From Azolla caroliniana (taxonomy: Eukaryota; Plantae; Polypodiophyta), in contig JBHGNT010000012.1 in NCBI GenBank assembly GCA_043228905.1, positions 5,828,001 to 5,892,000 of the forward strand: a DNA stretch of 64,000 nucleotides, read 5' to 3'. Made by a program: the position numbers and the translations under genes. The notes under the pieces are model-generated. The model searched no databases, was not told the origin of the DNA, and was given only the letters and a program-made list of their open reading frames with translations. Below, piece after piece: positions 61,235-64,000 of the stretch (its first letter is position 1; every line of letters starts with the position of its first letter).

Positions 61235-61365
61235 GTATGTATATTTTTTAATATCTAAATAACTGATATTTTCAAAAGTCCCAAATATTTGAATAACGGA
61301 ATAATTGTTTAAAGATTGGTTTGGTAAAGCAATACGTTTTTTGCATTATGTTTTGACTACCATAG

Positions 61366-61567
61366 ATTGGTGATCTAACTGGAGAACTTATGAGGTTGGC
61401 CATAAGTTGCGTGACAGAAGGTGAGATAGTTTTCGCCAAGGAGATTTGTAATTTCGTGAGGTCTTTGTATATGAGGTTGACCCTTATTGCTCAAGAGGTA
61501 GACGATTCGTGGGAAATGAAGCAAAAAATGGAAGTCATGCTTCAAAGTCTAATGAAGATTGAGAACA
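61366..61567 (+). CDS. TSNAX: TRAX exon 6
   Basis: IGDLTGELMRLAI...MKQKMEVMLQSLMKIEN. Confidence 0.95.
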
Positions 61568-61925
61568 GTGAGTTTCTTTCATATGTTAACTCTGCAAGTT
61601 CCTTTTGTCATAATGTTTTTTGTTCATAACATGAGCTTTGCATTATAGAAGCTTTTATCATTGTTTAACTGATTGCCATGATAATTTTTCATTTTTGCAC
61701 AAAATGAAAGTCATATATATAGAAGCCCTTGCCCTCATATAAAATGTTTTTAATGCAATGTTGATAATTTATTGACATGTTCATATTGATTTGATAACGA
61801 AAGATCCCAAGTAATGAGAAGAATTGTAATATTTAGTGAACAAACTGAAATTGAAAGTTTTGAAATTGTTAGATTTATTACTGATCGATCTATGTTTGCT
61901 GCTTAATTTTCACTGTATATAATAG

Positions 61926-62002
61926 CTTGCTATACAGTTCATGTCCGAGGATCGGAATATTTCCCTGGTGCTGTTGCAGGAGATGAAATGGAGGAAAGAT
62001 GA
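61926..62002 (+). CDS. TSNAX: TRAX exon 7 (stop)
   Basis: (T)CYTVHVRGSEYFPGAVAGDEMEER*. Confidence 0.93.
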
Positions 62003-62305
62003 GTTTATTGACATGATAGTCTTGAAATAGCTATATTCATTGGAAGCTCTATTTTATGGCTGTAGTATACTGGTTTATGACCTAATGCTTGGGCATGCCA
62101 TTTGAGAACATGTTTTTTCTAAGTAATTCAGATATCATGTTCAAATGTGAAATTGTATTCAAGTTTTGTGAATGCTAACGCTGATGTAATCAAGAAAGAT
62201 ATTAAAATACATTTCTTATTCCATTGAGTCATGCTAAATACATTTGAGAAAGAGAGATAGGGGAAGACAAAGAGTAGAAGATTATTCTCACATACATTTG
62301 AGATG

Positions 62306-62373
62306 GATGTAGTTCAATTGGAAGGGTTGTCCAATAGGAGAGTAGAAGGTCAAGTGTTCAAGCCCCAGATCCT
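62306..62373 (+). repeat. tRNA-like or SINE-head sequence downstream of TRAX
   Basis: A box TAGTTCAATTGG, B-box-like GTTCAAGCC, GGAT/ATCC ends; no valid anticodon arm. Confidence 0.4.
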
Positions 62374-64000
62374 AGAAGATTGTGTATAATTGTTTTACTT
62401 TGTCATATTTGTAATTCCAGTAGGCTATGTAGCCATACATAATAGATAGATTATTGTACTTTGTTGTATTTGAAATTCCAGTAGGCTATAGCCATGCCTG
62501 ATAGATAGATTTTCTTATTATCCATATTGAGACCAAAAGTGAAACACTTTCACACTATCTTTGGGGTCTGCTCGAGAATTTTTCAACTGAATGTTGTGAT
62601 TTAAGTGTGGGAGAAATGTGTGGAGGTATATGTGGTGAAAGCAGATATGAGCATGCTTGAAGGTGGTGCTTTATTGTGGAGTGATTGAAGAGAATGTGAG
62701 CTAACTTGTATGGAAGCTATAATATCTATGTACTCGAGAAGTTTGCAAATGAATGTTGTAATTGAGAGTATGCATTGTGTTTGTGATGGAAATGTGTGGA
62801 GGTATAGGATTGGATCTGCAATGTGACGAAAACAAAAACATGATCAAAGGTGAGGCATTGTAGTACTATAGACGGTTAGCAAAATGTGTATGTACAAATT
62901 TCCCCTTGCATGTATCGAATGCTTGATCTCACATAAGAGAAAATGTGAGGTACGTTGTATGATGTGGATGGTGGAAGAGTTTGTGCTTCCATATGTTAGG
63001 TAACAAATGTTTTGTTGTGATGCCTTGTGTAAAGAAATCTGAGAGGGAAAAACAAAAAAAGTGAAATGTAACTTCCATTCTAATCTAAGAAGATAGAAAA
63101 ATAATACATATAGGCTAGGGTAAAAAACCTCATGGTGAGGGTAAAAGACGCGAGCAACCTACATGTCCATACACAACACTACCACAAGATATCAACAAAT
63201 TCCCCCTATGAATGATGTGGTGAACAACCACTTGGCACATACATAGGAAGGCACAAAAGGAAGCATAAAGCTTTAGAAAACATGTAGTTGGTCCTAGTTT
63301 ATCAGACGGAACAAGCATAGGGCACCGATTCACCAACGAAACACGAGAGAAGGTTTTGGTGCAACACTTCGAAGGGAGCCGACCTAGACTTCTATGCGTC
63401 AAAGTGGTAGAAATTGTTTCTTTTTCCCTCTGTGTATGTTGTTGCAAGAACTTTCAGCAAGGTGAGGTAACCTTCACAACATTCTTGTTGTTGTAAGAAC
63501 CTACTTTTCCATTTCTTAGTCACATTTCAACACTTTTTCAAGAGGTATTTTTCCTCTCTCAATCTACAAACAATAAATATATATTTACTTTTTTCTGGTT
63601 TACAAAAGGGAGGAGTGTTTGCCTATTTGATGTGAGATTGTGAAATAGAAGTTGTGTGTTAATCACTTTCCATTGATCCTAGGCTCACATACAAGTGGGT
63701 TGTTGTCTATAGGGGTCATACATAGTTCTTTTTTGTTTTTTCCTACGATGATAGTTGCATATACATAAAAAATTTCCCTCGAAGATAGTTGTGCTTGAGA
63801 CCAGCTAGCAAGTAGCGTCCCAACTATCATTAGGCGCTTAGAGTTGTAATCAAGAAAGTTTTCATTACCATCTAATTATCGAATACAATCATATAATGGA
63901 CGTATTCACATTACCCCATTGGACAAACTAGGTTAGGTTATTCTTGTAAATAGCATAAAGGGCATTTGCCCTAGTTTGGTTAGTATATAACCAACTTTGT

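Noticed and set aside
63130-63447. 105-aa minus-strand ORF
   Set aside because: No recognisable motif or splice structure; probably decayed repeat sequence

Overview
Eukaryotic, repeat-rich DNA from a land plant, probably a non-seed plant judging by the retroelement types (inference). Bases 1-34,400 are a deeply nested cluster of LTR retrotransposons. It holds one apparently intact, young Ty3/gypsy non-chromovirus (Phygy-like) element (1-6719), a decayed relative (16652-29444), an LTR end of a third relative, four Ty1/copia elements and an old gypsy host, nested up to six deep. Bases 33-43 kb contain two hAT-type MITEs, a recent 5'-truncated L1-like LINE with TSD and a heavily decayed gypsy. 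Bases 43.7-50.2 kb form a TIR-bounded DNA transposon of unclear class with decayed zinc-finger/Ulp1-like and transposase-like genes and a copia solo LTR. The only clear host gene is a 7-exon TRAX (translin-associated factor X) gene at 50402-62002 (+), with a decayed LINE in intron 4. The most notable observations concern the Phygy-like elements: a tRNA-like (Pol III A/B-box) cassette in the LTR, a conserved -1 frameshift signal, a D-H-G protease motif, CG-centred target sites and apparent CWG depletion. Also notable are the motif arrays in the TIR element and a possible transit-peptide isoform of TRAX. All coordinates were read by eye and no database searches were run.
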